From contig OZ024741.1 of assembly GCA_964016885.1 (NCBI GenBank), positions 347,386,001-347,450,000 of the forward strand: a stretch of 64,000 bases of DNA. Direction: 5' to 3'. Below are positions 13,401 through 30,443 of the stretch, one piece after another (the first letter of the stretch is position 1; every line of letters begins with the position of its first letter). The translations under genes were made by a program, and so were the position numbers. The notes under the pieces were generated by a model. The model saw only the letters and a list, made by a program, of their open reading frames with translations. It searched no databases and was not told where the DNA came from. This stretch comes from Eledone cirrhosa. Its lineage: Eukaryota.

Positions 13401-14960
13401 GGATACAAGTTGGGAAGGGGAGAGCTTACCATCAATCACCTCCTCTTCATGGACGATCTTAAGCTCTTCGGGAAAAGTGAGAAGGAGTTGGATGTGCTTG
13501 TTGACACTGTCCGTATTTTCAGCAGTGATATATGTATGCAGTTTGGTATTGGTAAATGTGGAGTCATTGTGATGAAGAGGGGTAGGTTGAGCAGAAGTAA
13601 CGGGATCCAGATACCAACAGGTGAGATGATAAAGGAAATTGACTCTGAGGAAGGATACAAGTATTTGGGCGTTCTGGAGGCTGATGGCATAAAGAACAAA
13701 AAAATGAAGGAATTGTTAAGAACTGAATACATTCGGAGAGTAAGGAGCGTATTGAAGTCACATCTGAACAGCAGAAATGCCATAAGCGCAGTAAATTCCC
13801 GAGCTGTGTCTATTATTAGGTACAGTGCGGGAATTCTGAGATGGAATGTTGCTGAACAAAAAGAAATGGATAGGAAGACTAGGAAGCTATTGACTATCTA
13901 CAACATGTTCCACAAGAGGAGTGATGTCGATAGACTCTACCTAAGGAGATCTGAGGGTGGAAGAGGTCTTATCAGCATAGAGGACTGTGTTCAGATGGAG
14001 AAAAACAACCTATACAAATACGTGACCTATAGTAAGGAGCCAATGCTCAGAACTGTACTGAAGGAGGGGACAGTAGGCCAGGGGATGTCCAAGGAGGAAA
14101 TAACATCAAGGAGGAAGAGCAGCCTTAAGGGAAAATCCCTTCATAGTACCTTCTTTGAGAAAACTGAATTTAGAGATCCACAGACATGGAACTGGTTGAG
14201 AAGAGGAGACCTCAAAAAGGCTACAGAAGGAATGCTAATGGCTGCGCAGGAGCAGGCCCTCAAAACGAAGTGGTTGAAGCACCATATCTACAAGGAGGAG
14301 GCTAGCCCACTGTGCAGGATCTGTGGAGAGAGAGAGGAGACTGTGGCTCACATTGTGTCCGAGTGTAAACACCTAGCCCAGACCCACTATAAGGGCTGGA
14401 GACACGATGTGATGGGCAGGGTGATCCACTGGCACCTGTGCAAAGTAAACAATTTACCACATTCTGAGAAATGGTATGAGCATAGGCCAGAGGCGGTGAT
14501 GGAGAACAATCAGGTGAAGGTGCTGTGGAATTTTAGGATACAGACGGACAAAAAACTGGAACACAATAGACCTGACCTGGTGGTTGTGGACAAAGAAAAA
14601 AGATCGTGTCTGATTGTGGATGTGGCCTGCCCGTTCGACACGAGAGTGCAAGAGAAGGAGAGGGAGAAAATTAACCGATACCAGGACCTAAAGTGGGAGG
14701 TGAAAAGGATTTGGAACTGCCATGAAGTCAAAGTGATCCCGATTGTCATAGGCGCACTGGGGACTATCTCCAAAAGTTTCCAGGGATGGTTAAAGAAAAT
14801 CGGCCCCTTCACGCTTTTTGGAAAGCTTCAAAAGGCATGCTTGCTTGGAACAGCAAGAACCCTCCGATACGTCCTGAATATCTGAGGCTGCAGGTAGTGG
14901 CTTGATATTCAATCCAACGGACTTTCCAGTTAACCAACATCAATGACTGAGATTCAAGGA
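10461..14960 (+). mobile_element. Full-length R4/Dong-type RLE LINE, family A, copy 1
   Basis: Flanked by (TAA)n on both sides; ~1 kb 5' UTR homologous to 35023-35835; single long ORF; short 3' UTR. Confidence 0.92.
11494..14885 (+). CDS. R4/Dong polyprotein (Myb-like N-terminus, RT, CCHC finger, restriction-like endonuclease); one 1-bp frameshift near 12888
   Basis: [75 protein letters not shown]. The third copy has acagttctg where this copy has acagtctg. Confidence 0.9.
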
Positions 14961-14989
14961 ATAACAACAATAATAATAATAATAATAAT

Positions 14990-15791
14990 GAAAACTGAAT
15001 TTAGAGATCCACAGACATGGAACTGGTTGAGAAGAGGAGACCTCAACAAGGCTACAGAAGGAATGCTAATGGCTGCGCAGGAGCAGGCCCTCAAAACGAA
15101 GTGGTTGAAGCACCATATCTACAAGGAGGAGGCTAGCCCACTGTGCAGGATCTGTGGAGAGAGAGAGGAGATTGTGGCTCACATTGTGTCCGAGTGTAAA
15201 CACCTAGCCCAGACCCACTATAAGGGCTGGAGACACGATGTGATGGGCAGGGTGATCCACTGGCACCTGTGCAAAGTAAACAATTTACCACATTCTGAGA
15301 AATGGTATGAGCATAGGCCAGAGGCGGTGATGGAGAACAATCAGGTGAAGGTGCTGTAGAATTTTAGGATACAGACGGACAAAAAACTGGAACACAATAG
15401 ACCTGACCTGGTGGTTGTGGACAAAGAAAAAAGATCGTGCCTGATTGTGGATGTGGCCTGCCCGTTCGACACGAGAGTGCAAGAGAAGGAGAGGGAGAAA
15501 ATTAACCGATACCAGGACCTAAAGTGGGAGGTGAAAAGGATTTGGAACTGCCATGAAGTCAAAGTGATCCCGATTGTCATAGGCGCACTGGGGACTATCT
15601 CCAAAAGTTTCCAGGGATGGTTAAAGAAAATCGGCCCCTTCACGCTTTTTGGAACGCTTCAAAAGGCATGCTTGCTTGGAACAGCAAGAACCCTTCGATA
15701 CGTCCTGAATATCTGAGGCTGCAGGTAGTGGCTTGATATTCAATCCAACGGACTTTCCAGTTAACCAACATCAATGACTGAGATTCAAGGA
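14990..15791 (+). mobile_element. 5'-truncated Dong family A copy 2, head-to-tail with copy 1
   Basis: Nearly identical to 14159-14960; (TAA)n on both sides. Confidence 0.95.
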
Positions 15792-15829
15792 ATAACAACA
15801 ATAATAATAATAATAATAATAATAATAAT

Positions 15830-18326
15830 CAGAACCGCATGTTCGACAACAACCAGAACAGAACCGCATGTTCGACAACAACCAGAAGATGCTGTTTGGA
15901 CAGATTGAGGGGAAAGAAAGAGGCAACGACTTGATCCCTGAGGCGAACAAACTAAAACATTCTGGAGAGGAATATGGGAGCAGGATGTTAGACATAATGA
16001 CCAGGCAGGGTGGATTGAAACAGTACAGAGGGAGACGGTGAGCAGGCACACCACCAAACTGATTTGAGTATTACAGTTGAAACTCTTAAGGGGCAGGCCA
16101 AAAAACTAACCAACTGGAAATCACCAGGCCCAGATGGTGTGCAGGGGTATTGGATTAAACATTTAACATCCCTCCACCCGAAGCTGACGGCCATGTTCAA
16201 TGACTGCTTGGTGTCGTGTGAGGTGCCAGAGTGGTTGACAAAAGGTACCACAGTTCTGATAATGAAAGACCGAATCAAGGGTAATGATGTTGCCAACTAT
16301 AGACCTATCACATGTCTGTCCGTAATGTGGAAACTGTTGACGAGCATTGTGTCTGAGGAAATCTACCATCACTTCCACACAAACAACTTGTTACCGGACG
16401 AACAGAAAGGATGCCGAAAGAAGTCACGTGGTACAAAGGACCAGTTACTTATTGATAAGATGGTAATGGGGAATTGCAGGAGGAGACACACTGATCTTGC
16501 CATGGGATGGATAGACTACAGAAAGGCATTTGACATGGTGCCTCATTCTTGGATCACCAAAAGCCTGGAGATCTTCAAGGTGGCAGATAATATCAGACAG
16601 TTGCTGGGCAGGAGTATGAGGTCCTGGGAAACAGAGTAGACATCAACTGGAGAATCCTTGGGAAGCGTGAAGATCAAGAGAGGTATCTTCCAGGGAGATA
16701 GCCTGTCCCCTCTGTTGTTTGTCCTTGCCCTGATACCGCTGACCATTGTGCTGCGAAAAGTGAGAGCAGGATACAAGTTGGGAAAGAGAGAGCTTACCAT
16801 CAATCACCTCCTCTTCATGGACGATCTTAAGCTCTTCGGGAAGAGTGAGAAGGAGTTGGATGTGCTTGTTGACACTGTCCGTATTTTCAGCAGTGACATA
16901 TGTATGCAGTTTGGAATTAGTAAGTGTGGAGTCATTGTGATGAGGAGGGGTAGGTTGAGTAGAAGTAACGGAATCCAGATACCAACAGGTGAGATGATAA
17001 AGGAAATTGACTCTGAGGAAGGATACAAGTATTTGGGCGTTCTGGAGGCTGATGGCATAAAGAACAAAAAAATGAAGGGATTGTTAAGAACTGAATACAT
17101 TCGGAGAGTAAGGAGCGTATTGAAGTCACATCTGAACAGCAGAAATGCCATAAGTGCAGTGAATTCCCGAGCTGTGTATATTATTAGGTACAGTGCGGGA
17201 ATTCTGAGATGGAATGTTGCTGAACAAAAAGAAATGGATAGGAAGACTAGGAAGCTATTGACTATCTACAACATGTTCCACAAGAGGAGTGATGTCGATA
17301 GACTCTACCTAAGGAGATCTGAGGGTGCAAGAGGTCTTATCAGCATAGAGGACTGTGTTCAGATGGAGAAAAACAACCTACACAAATACGTGACTGATAG
17401 TAAGGACCAAATGCTCAGAACTGTACTGAAGGAAGGGACAATAGGCCAGGGGATGTCCAAGGAGGAAATAACATCAAGGAGAAAGAGCAGCCTTCAGGGA
17501 AAATCCTTTCATAGTACCTTCTTTGAGAAAACTGAATTTAGAGATCCACAGACATGGAACTGGTTGAGAAGAGGAGACCTCAAAAAGGCTACAGAAGGAA
17601 TGTTAATGGCTGCGCAGGAGCAGGCCCTCAAAACGAATTGGCTGAAACACCATATTTACAAGGAGGAGGCTAGCCCACTGTGCAGGATCTGTGGAGAGAG
17701 AGAGGATACTGTGGCTCACATTGTATCCGAGTGTAAACACCTCGCCCAGACCCACTATAAGGGCTGGAGACATGATGTGATGGGCAGGGTGATCCACTGG
17801 CACCTGTGCAAAGTAAACAATTTACCACATTCTGAGAAATGGTATGAGCATAAGCCAGAGGCGGTGATGGAGAACGATCATGTGAAGATGCTGTGGGATT
17901 TTAGGATACAGACGGACAAGAAACTGGAACACAATAGACCTGACTTGGTGGTTGTGGACAAAGAAAAAAGATCGTGTCTGATTGTGGATGTGGCCTGCCC
18001 ATTCGACACGAGAGTGCAAGAGAAGGAGAGGGAGAAAATTAACCGATACCAGGACTTATAGTGGGAGGTAAAAAGGATTTGGAACTGCCATGAAGTCAAA
18101 GTGATCCCGATTGTCATAGGCGCACTGGGGACTATCTCCAAAAGTTTCCAGGGATGGTTAAAGAAAATCGGCCCCTATACGCTTTTTGGAACGCTTCAAA
18201 AGGCATGCTTGCTGGGAACAGCAAGAACACTCCGATACGTCCTGAATATCTGAGGCTGCAGGTAGTGGCTTGATATTCATTCCAGCGGACTTTCCAGTTA
18301 ACTAACATCAATGACTGAGGTTAAAG

Positions 18327-18328
<2 letters not shown>
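15830..18328 (+). mobile_element. 5'-truncated Dong family A copy 3, followed by (TAA)n to 18391
   Basis: Colinear with 12490-14960; stops near 16639 and 18061; 29-bp duplicated 5' end. Confidence 0.95.
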
Positions 18329-18391
<63 letters not shown>

Positions 18392-18697
18392 GTACACTAT
18401 TAATAATTATTAATGCACTCGTGCAATGCCTGTGCGTGACGAATATTTTTAAAGTTAGGAAAGACTGTGCACTGAGCCAATCCCACTCTCTGAGCGACAG
18501 TATCTATAACCCGAAAAGAAGAAAAGATCAGCATCACCGTTAACTACTAAGCCGCAGGTTTTATGTCGGAGTTAACCCAGTTTCCTGAGATGCCTTCTCC
18601 TAGAAGAATGCCCTGACAAGGGCTAGGGGTTCTTCACTCCCAGTGGTTTAACTGTGCGATCGGGAATCCAGCCCGATTATTTCTATGTCCCCGCGCA
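18392..18697 (-). mobile_element. Probable 5' UTR of the RTE element, displaced by the Dong array
   Basis: Minus strand reads cccttgtcagggcattcttctaggagaaggc, which resembles the RTE 5' UTR motif as I recall it. Same strand as the RTE ORF on the far side of the array. Confidence 0.55.
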
Positions 18698-18865
18698 AAA
18701 AAAAAAAAAAAAACTAACTTATTGACACTTATACGTACGACATACACACACGCGCATACATATGCGCGCGCACACACGCATACATACGCGCGCACACAAC
18801 AACATTCACATACAAACAAACACACACACGCTACTCACTTACACACACACACACGCTACTCACTT

Positions 18866-18899
<34 letters not shown>

Positions 18900-19024
18900 T
18901 ACCGTCATTACTGATACAAGGTTACAAAATTATGTCAACTGTTGACTTTCAAGAGTTTGTAGAGTTGAAGCCGATCGTATTACAATCCAGTATTATTATA
19001 ATTGCTTTACAGCATAGAGTTATG

Positions 19025-19150
19025 GCTCTCCACGCTCTGAGCTTAAATCCCGCCGAGGTCAACCTTGCCTTTCATCCCCACGGAGTCAACAAAAGAGAGT
19101 ACCAGTGATGCGCTGAGCCAGTCGCTGGATCCGTGCCAAAAGCAGAAAAA
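19025..19150 (+). mobile_element. tRNA-derived SINE family 1, truncated
   Basis: aaatcccgccgaggtcaaccttgcctttcatcc core shared with 38965 and 42594. Confidence 0.8.
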
Positions 19151-19481
19151 TTATTATTAAAGTTGTTTTCTTAAGGCCCGGTCGCTGGTGATGGTGGTGG
19201 CGACGGTGGTGGCGGTGGTGGCGGTGGTGGTGGGGGTGGCAGTTGATGTTGTTGTGTTGTGTGCGTGTGTGTGTGTGTGTGTTTTGTTATTTTGAGTTTT
19301 TTTGTTTGTTTGTGCTTTAAAACATTTTTTTTTAAAAATCTTTTGATGCCGCTGTTGTTGTTGTAAATGTTCATTTCAATTCATTCTGAAGCTGTTGTTG
19401 TAAACATTAGTGCCGGTGTTGTTGTTGTAGATGTTGGGGTTGAAATCTGGTCGTTTGACTGAGTGATGTATATACACACAT

Positions 19482-19573
<92 letters not shown>

Positions 19574-19957
19574 TCAACACAGAGTAGAGAGTTTGACAAC
19601 AGGTCGATGACTTTAGTCTAGATAGGGTAATGACATGTGATGGTGGGGAGAGAGTGTAGACGTTATTGTGGTGGTGTGGGACAGTGAGATATATCTAGTT
19701 ATTTGTCCGTTTTCTTCTCTTTGCACAATTTGAATTTTAGTCACGTTATATTGAGATGTAAGTAAATGTAAAATGTAAAATATAAATAAGGATTGCTCTG
19801 GTAAAATATACTAAAATATTTGTGTTACTTCCACAAACTTCTGTCGTGACATTCCCGAGTCCAGTGACCAAAGAATTGTTGTATTTTGATGTATCAGAAT
19901 ACAAAAATTAATTAAAAACTTACCTACCCCACGAAAAGACAGCGTGTGTTGTCCTAT

Positions 19958-19987
19958 CTATAAGCTCATACATACATACATACATAC

Positions 19988-20018
<31 letters not shown>

Positions 20019-20105
20019 CATACATACATACATACATACATACATGCATGCATGCATACATACATACATACATACATACATACATACATACATACATACA
20101 TACAT

Positions 20106-20181
<76 letters not shown>
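19958..20181. repeat. (TACA)n followed by (TA)n
   Basis: Direct reading. Confidence 0.98.
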
Positions 20182-20183
<2 letters not shown>

Positions 20184-20285
20184 TTGATTCTTATATTTCA
20201 TATAACTGCTCTGTAAATCATCTGATGTTTTTACATTGAGCTTCTTAACTTACTGGTAATAAGGTAGTAATACATTACTGCCTAC

Positions 20286-20530
20286 CACTATTTAGGGTGT
20301 GTGTAAAATACTTATAACTGCATAAGGTTTTGTATTTACATAACCATAAATAGTATAACAAATACTATATATATATATATGTGTGTGTGTGTGTAAAAGG
20401 TAAACACAAATAATGACACAATCGGTACAGTATACCGAAGGGATATATTAGGTTAACGCTTGATATAGCAGGAAGAGCGTCTTAACTTTTCGGACGATAG
20501 TCCTTCATCAGAAGAATGAAGGAGAAAAAA
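20286..20530 (-). mobile_element. Solo 3' pLTR remnant of the Hydra-type PLE family seen at 55322-58572
   Basis: 20395-20525 matches 56008-56135; the hairpin at 20286-20354 matches 55322-55394. Confidence 0.75.
20478..20516 (-). ncRNA. Minimal type I hammerhead ribozyme
   Basis: tctt CTGATGA a ggac-tatc-gtcc GAAA ag TT aaga: stems I and II intact, stem III minimal. Confidence 0.72.
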
Positions 20531-20574
20531 AATATATATATCAGCCTTAATATCTGTATACAACAACTATAACG

Positions 20575-21362
20575 GTACGCGAAGGTGTCCACCACAGCGC
20601 CGGTGGACAGAATGGAGAAGGCGTTTCCCCGGAGTACGGCAAGGGAGGCGCGCTGGAAAAGCCACTCCAACTCGCGGGTCTCACACCTGTGGCTGGCCAG
20701 CTCAGCGCCTATGGTGGTGAGTAAGGAGGTAGCCTTGGGGCCGAGGACACCAGAAGTCTCCAGTGCCAGGGCTACGACCACAAATCTGTCGGAGAGCGAC
20801 CGGTATTTGAGGTGTTTGGCCCCCTCAGCCCGACGTGCAGCAGAACCTGGGTCAGTCGTAGACTGCACCAGGTTGCGGTTGCAGAAAGTGTCGGTGCAAG
20901 TGGCATCCCAGACGATGGGTTTGCCACCGCGGAACGGGAAGATGGTGATGCCATCTGGCCTTTTGCCGACCCCTCGATCCAGCCCCACCGGCTCGAGCTG
21001 GAAAGGGAAGCCTGTAGCGTCCAAGCCATGCTTAATGACCTCGTTGAGGGCAGCATGGCGTGGAAAGCGGCCGGCACTGTGGCGACAGGAACGCGGGTGG
21101 AGGCCGAAAGAGTCCACGGTGGAACAGTCGCGACATTGGTGTGGCTGGCAGATCCGGAGGCCGAGCCTCAGGGAAACGCCGATGCGCAGGCTATGGTCGT
21201 CCAGCTACGTGCCAGTGGATAAGGAGGGCAGGGCATGGAGCCAGGCACCATTGTTGGGTTTGGAGGCCGCACGAAAACAAGCAAGGTGGTTCTGGTCGAG
21301 CTGGCGCGTGAGCCTGTCTGAGGCCATGCTGCACTGGATGGCATCCCACGTGCGTTGGGGTG
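20575..21362 (-). pseudogene. 3' fragment of a CRE-clade RLE non-LTR retrotransposon
   Basis: GAWLHALPS, LRLGL, C..C..D.FG.H..SC, RH, EPVGL..GKRPDG..P...GKPIVWDATC, ETSG.LG, RGNA; much more GC-rich than its flanks. Confidence 0.82.
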
Positions 21363-21884
21363 ACTACGTTATATGACAGCTGCAGGAATGTAAGCAAAAA
21401 TATACCACCAACAAATCCATGAGTCTAACCATAATATGTAGCTCCTGCAGGGACAAATTGTGTAATGTGGAAATATAAAATTTTCTATTTAAGCTACGCA
21501 TCTCTAAAACCACTCTGGATATGAAGCCAAATCCCTTCAATCGGTTACCACAGCCCCACCGTCCATCTAAAACAAAAAACTTGAAAACTCCTTATTTCTT
21601 AGAATATAGAATCTCTATCAGCACGAATCTGATTCTCTGGCTACAAATATCATTAATCCACATGCACGTGAATTCCACCCCCTTCAAACATGAATAGTTT
21701 CTCGATTAACTTCATATGGATACTACATATTCTTAGATTGTATTGGCTGCCAAATTACATCCTTTAAATTTTGACCACCCAATATATCTAAATCATCTTT
21801 ACATTTATAATTATTACTCTCCTACAAAGAAAACATTTTTTTCCTAAATGACAACATTAATCTTGTATTAAATAATGGTAACGT

Positions 21885-22170
21885 TTAAAGACACCCTTCA
21901 CTCAGAAATTTTGAAAGTTCATCCCCGAGGCACAAATCTGGAAAGGTTTGTATATGGAAGACAAGCACTCTCCTATGCATAACATCCTCCCCTCTCCACG
22001 ACACCGATGTTGTCCAAGGGAAAGACGATGACCAATAGAGCTTGACATCTGTGGTACCGCAACACCCGAAATAAAGTGTTTTGCTGAAAGTCATGATGTA
22101 TCACTGGATTCGCGAATCGGACTCTCATCCTCCCAATCATGATGTTTTAATCACTAAGCCATACGCATTT
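21885..22170 (-). mobile_element. Degenerate tRNA-derived SINE family 2
   Basis: Head tggcttagtg (A box); CORE-like agcaaaacactttatttc; 3' tail homologous to 30604-30730. Confidence 0.6.
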
Positions 22171-22409
22171 ACATTTCACAACAATTAGTTGTATATATAT
22201 ATATATATATATTGTATATGTATATAAACTCAAAGAACTCGTTATGTGTGAAAGCAGCGATTATTTGCTAAAGCTTTAATTTGTTATTTTAATAAATATT
22301 TGCCCAACGGCTTTTATATATACTTATATATATATAATCCTTATCGAGCCCTCTACGGATTTTAGTCTTCACATTTTTTATTATTACTACACACACACTC
22401 ATACACATA

Positions 22410-22463
<54 letters not shown>

Positions 22464-22464
22464 T

Positions 22465-25972
<3,508 letters not shown>

Positions 25973-26767
25973 ATATAATAACTTGTGTGTTACACCTCTA
26001 TTCTTTTAACTATATATATATATATATATATATTTATTTATGATAGATTATTTAGATTAGAAGCTCACTACTACCTCTATAGAAATTGGTGCATGTAAAC
26101 TAATACATCAGTGTCTGATTTCACAGAAAATCTTCAATAATGTGTGTAATCACACAGCCCACTCCGTTTCTTGTAAGTTTGTATTTACTGCTGTGACCTC
26201 CCTCTACCTGTTTTGCTCGATTTGTGGTCCCACCACGCTTTCATATCCACTCTCTCCTCTCTCTCCTCTTTTTTTTCTCTTTCTCGTTCTCCTCCCCCCT
26301 CTCTCTCTCTCTCTCCCCCTCTCTCTCTCTCTCTCTCTCTCTCTATCCATCTGCTCGTTTTACGACACATATCGTATAACGCTTTTGGATTATCTCCCTT
26401 TCCATTCTCCCTCTCACTTCCGATCGATCCATCTCTCTCTTTCTACCCTCACTCTGCTGAGATCGCACGGAACAACATCGCTCCTCTTTATTTATTTGAC
26501 CACAAGACTTAAGACCACAAGACTTAAGACTAATTCGTTCGTTGTAACTTATTCTATGTTTCCTCTGTTACTCACATGCATGTTCCATTGTCATTGTCCG
26601 CTCTCAAATCGGTTTGTTTACTTCGTTTTTTCCTCTTTCCTTTTTCCTCTTTCTTTTTACCTCTTTCTTCCTCTCTCTTCACTATTTTTGATCGATAAAA
26701 TGCCTTGGGCGCGTGGCTGATCGATTTTGATATCCTGTTTTAAACGCCGAAACATCTATTATCTGCA

Positions 26768-26891
26768 GTTAACAGCTGATGAAGGCGTTCTTCTCTTGTT
26801 TCGTCCATATTTCGTCCACTAACCAACCAGCACGCTTCGTTTCTTATCGAACGCGCCTGCATATCAGAGTGGATGAAAAGCTGTCAGTTAT
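26768..26891 (+). ncRNA. Possible hammerhead ribozyme with long stem II
   Basis: taacag CTGATGA aggcgttc...gaacgcgcct...GAAA agct GTC agtta. Confidence 0.45.
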
Positions 26892-27249
26892 GTGACCTTG
26901 AAATGTTCCACATTTTCAGTTCGAAAAATAAGTTACTCAACAATAAAATCGAAAGATCAATGTATTGCAACCATAGTCTTAAAAAAATGTTCGCACTACA
27001 ACTGCAAATCTAACATTTAACCTCCTACTACCACCTAACAAACTGCATATACGTAGACCTTTTACCCTCTTATTGAATCTAACCCCTTTAATTACCCACA
27101 GTAACCAATACTTATGTCCCTGCTCCTCCATCATTCATTTTTTTTCTTTTTTTCGTTTTCTTCTATTCCTCTCTCCCTTTTTTTGTTGTCTTTTCTTTTC
27201 TTCTTTTTTCTCTACCCCCTTTTTTATATATATATTTATCTCTCTATCT

Positions 27250-27293
<44 letters not shown>

Positions 27294-27669
27294 TCTCTCT
27301 CTCTCTCTCACTATAAACAATTTAATTCTCTTTAACTCCCTACACTTTAAATTGACATCAAATCTACGAATCAAAACTGTTCGAGGAATCCTTCCATCTT
27401 TACCCCTCCCTCCATCTCCGTTGTCCCTCTACTTCCTAATTCTTCTCCCCCTCCCCTCTATATATACTAGTAAATACGATTCCCATTTACGAGAATCTTT
27501 TACAAGTAAGTTATTCATTATTTTGAAAATTTGGAGGTGAATAACATGTATCATCGACTGGCTGCTATTTGCAGTATAGCTATATAAGGTTGCGCTTACC
27601 AATGAAACGGTCGTAAATACCTGGATAAAATCCTTTTTTTAATGCTTACCTGTGTTTTCAATTTTATTG

Positions 27670-27710
<41 letters not shown>

Positions 27711-27835
27711 ATATGTATATGATTTGAGCACTTTGTGTTATTCTCTGTTTTGTATAGATTGTTAATCCACGTGGTGTACCCGTTTGGTCAACGGTGAGCT
27801 ACTGCTGCATTTAACCTAGCATTATTTTGACGTGT

Positions 27836-28025
27836 TCGCGGTGGATTAGCAGTAGCGGTAGAGTGTCGGACGCCATGCTTTCCAGCATAGTTACGTACTT
27901 TTACGATCTGAGTTCAAATCCCGCCGAGGTTGACTTTGCCTTTCATCCTTGCGGGGTCGTTAAAATAAAGTACCAGTAATGCACTGGATAATTGCTGGCC
28001 TTGAGCCTAAAGTACAAAATAATTA
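27836..28025 (+). mobile_element. tRNA-derived SINE family 1
   Basis: A-box-like head, gagttcaaatcc B box, and the conserved core. Confidence 0.88.
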
Positions 28026-29009
28026 TGTTGACGAGTTCGCGGCTGGATTAGGTGTGACGAATTTGGTTGTACAGAATCTGGAGCTGCAACTTGTACACAT
28101 TGTATATCACGGTCTGGGATTTTAAACATGTAGTGATTTTTTTATGCGTAAAATCAGCCTGTAATACATGTTACTATATGTGCTGATATGTTTTGGTGAG
28201 CGTATGAATCCGACTGGATTGCACTTTACGGACAATCTACATATTTTGTAAGCTCTGGACCGAATTGTTATCTACGGACAATCCACTTACTTTAAAACTC
28301 TTCGCCAATCGGGGCATATGAAACCGATTGGACTAACCTCTACGATGGATATGCATATGTAGTGACTCCTCGCTAGATGTGTGTTTTTTACAGGAACTAA
28401 ACCATTTTTATGTATTTTTGCTTCAGCTTGATCAAGCAATAACCCCGCTTTGTTTGTGTTTGGCTTGTATTGATGCGGTGCCTGTCTATATACAGGTTTA
28501 GCACTCCTGGTACACGTAATTCCGTAACCCACTAGTTTACCCTGATTATGTATACTATGGGTAGGAATAAAATCCCATTTGGACTTTCTGAAGGTACCTT
28601 AGGAGTCTCTTAGTATTTATATAACTCTAATTTATGGAGAACTAAATGACCTGTTATTATAGTCACCAACGCATAGCTTCCTCTGACTTTTGTGTGCTTT
28701 ACATTTTTTCTTTTTTATCTTTTTTACATTTTATATATCATTTATCTTTTTATATTATTATTTTCCTTTTACTTTATTATTATATGTGTTAACTATAAGC
28801 GTTTTGCTTATGTATGCCCCCCCCCCCACGTGCTTCCGCCTCTTGTGAAAAAGTTCTGCCTGTACCGTAGCATATAGCTGTAGTGTTGAATAACAACACC
28901 ATTATGCACTCTCTCCATACTCCCCATTCCCGATCTCCCTCTTGTTACCCTCTATTGTATTTCTAATGTTCATGTGACTAAGCTTGGTAGAGTTTATACT
29001 CAGCACTGT

Positions 29010-29076
29010 ATTTTTGTTTATAAAGCTCTGATGATTCCTGCCCAATGGTATGTATGAAACATTGTCAACAAATAAA
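29010..29076 (+). ncRNA. Degenerate hammerhead ribozyme followed by AATAAA
   Basis: CTGATGA (29028) ...tgcc caat ggta... GAAAC att GTC (29056-29066); weak stem I. Confidence 0.5.
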
Positions 29077-29213
29077 AATTGTATGAATATGTAGGCGTTC
29101 TTTGATTTCTTTTACATATAACGGCTCTGTTCTCGTACATTGAGCTTATACAATACTGTTACAAATACGACACGATACAGGTGCGTTTTTGCACATACGC
29201 TCCGTGGTCTACG

Positions 29214-29279
<66 letters not shown>

Positions 29280-29529
29280 TATATATATACACACACACAC
29301 ACATATTATTCAAGATTTTTTGTGAAATCACACAACACACCGATATATTAGTTTACATGCACCAATTTCTTTAGGGGTAGTAGTGAGCTACTAATCTAAA
29401 TAATATATAATATTTCTCATATTGTTGATGTAGATAGAGAGATAATTTCGAAATATATTTCTATAATTAATGATATTCCGGTAAGAGGCAAATCTAAATA
29501 CCTACGTGTACTTACGTCGTACTATGTAA

Positions 29530-30135
29530 TTAATTATATCTACGTTCGGCCCAAGGTTTGCAATTATGCCAGTACATTACTGCTGCTTTATTTCCATCGA
29601 CGCCATAGGAATGAAAGGCAAAATTAACTTCGGCAGCATGCGAACTAGGACTGTTGAGGGCCGTAAATTGTATTTCCGTCAGAGAAATATTAGGTAGAAA
29701 TAATGGTTTCTTATATAAGCATAAGGCCAGCAATTTGGGGGGAGGGGAAAGTCGATTAAATTGACCCCAGTACGCTACTAGTGCTTTGTTTTATCGACCC
29801 AGTAAGGATGAAGGGCAAAGTTAACCTCGGTGGCATTGGAACTTACGCCGTAAAGGGCCGTAACTCTATGCTTCAAAGCATGTTGTCCGACCCTCAACTT
29901 ATACTGCCAATCCACAACTCTTGAAAATGATGCACAAAGCCAATCATTTGGGGGAGGGGACAGTCGATTAAATCGACCCCAGTACGTTACTGGTGCTTTA
30001 TTTTATCGACCTCGTAAGGATGAAGGGCAAAGTTAACCTCGGCGGGATTGCAACTTACGCCGTAAAGAGCTGTAACTCTATGCTTCAAAGCATGTTGTCC
30101 GACCCACAACTGATACTGCTAACCCACCGCATTAG
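29530..30135 (-). mobile_element. Cluster of three SINE family 1 copies in tandem
   Basis: Reverse-complement core (gatgaagggcaaagttaacctcgg and a variant) near 29610, 29807 and 30019. Confidence 0.8.
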
Positions 30136-30443
30136 GTAGAAATATATATAAATTAAAATGGTTACAAACGGCGATTAATTGACAAAGTAGACACATACGC
30201 ACACACACCCACATACCCACACATATATATATATATAGGTTTTGTGTTAATGGTAAGTGTTCTGATTTTCCTTTGTACAACATAGCAAAGCAGCTCCTCG
30301 TTGGTATATATATATATATATATATACTTGTTGGGTATGAAATTAGCTGCATGTATATATCTTTTTCAGCATGACCCATTGCGTCAGTTTCGAGTTATTG
30401 CTGATTCTATACAGAAGTGTATATAACTCCTGTTATGTTTGCG

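Noticed and set aside
11524-18141. Antisense ORFs over LINE coding regions (also 20585-21376 and 41026-46441)
   Set aside because: Shadows of the retroelement ORFs, with no recognisable motifs.
21400-21880. Possible decayed PLE coding remnant (also 28200-28620)
   Set aside because: Too degenerate to show diagnostic motifs.
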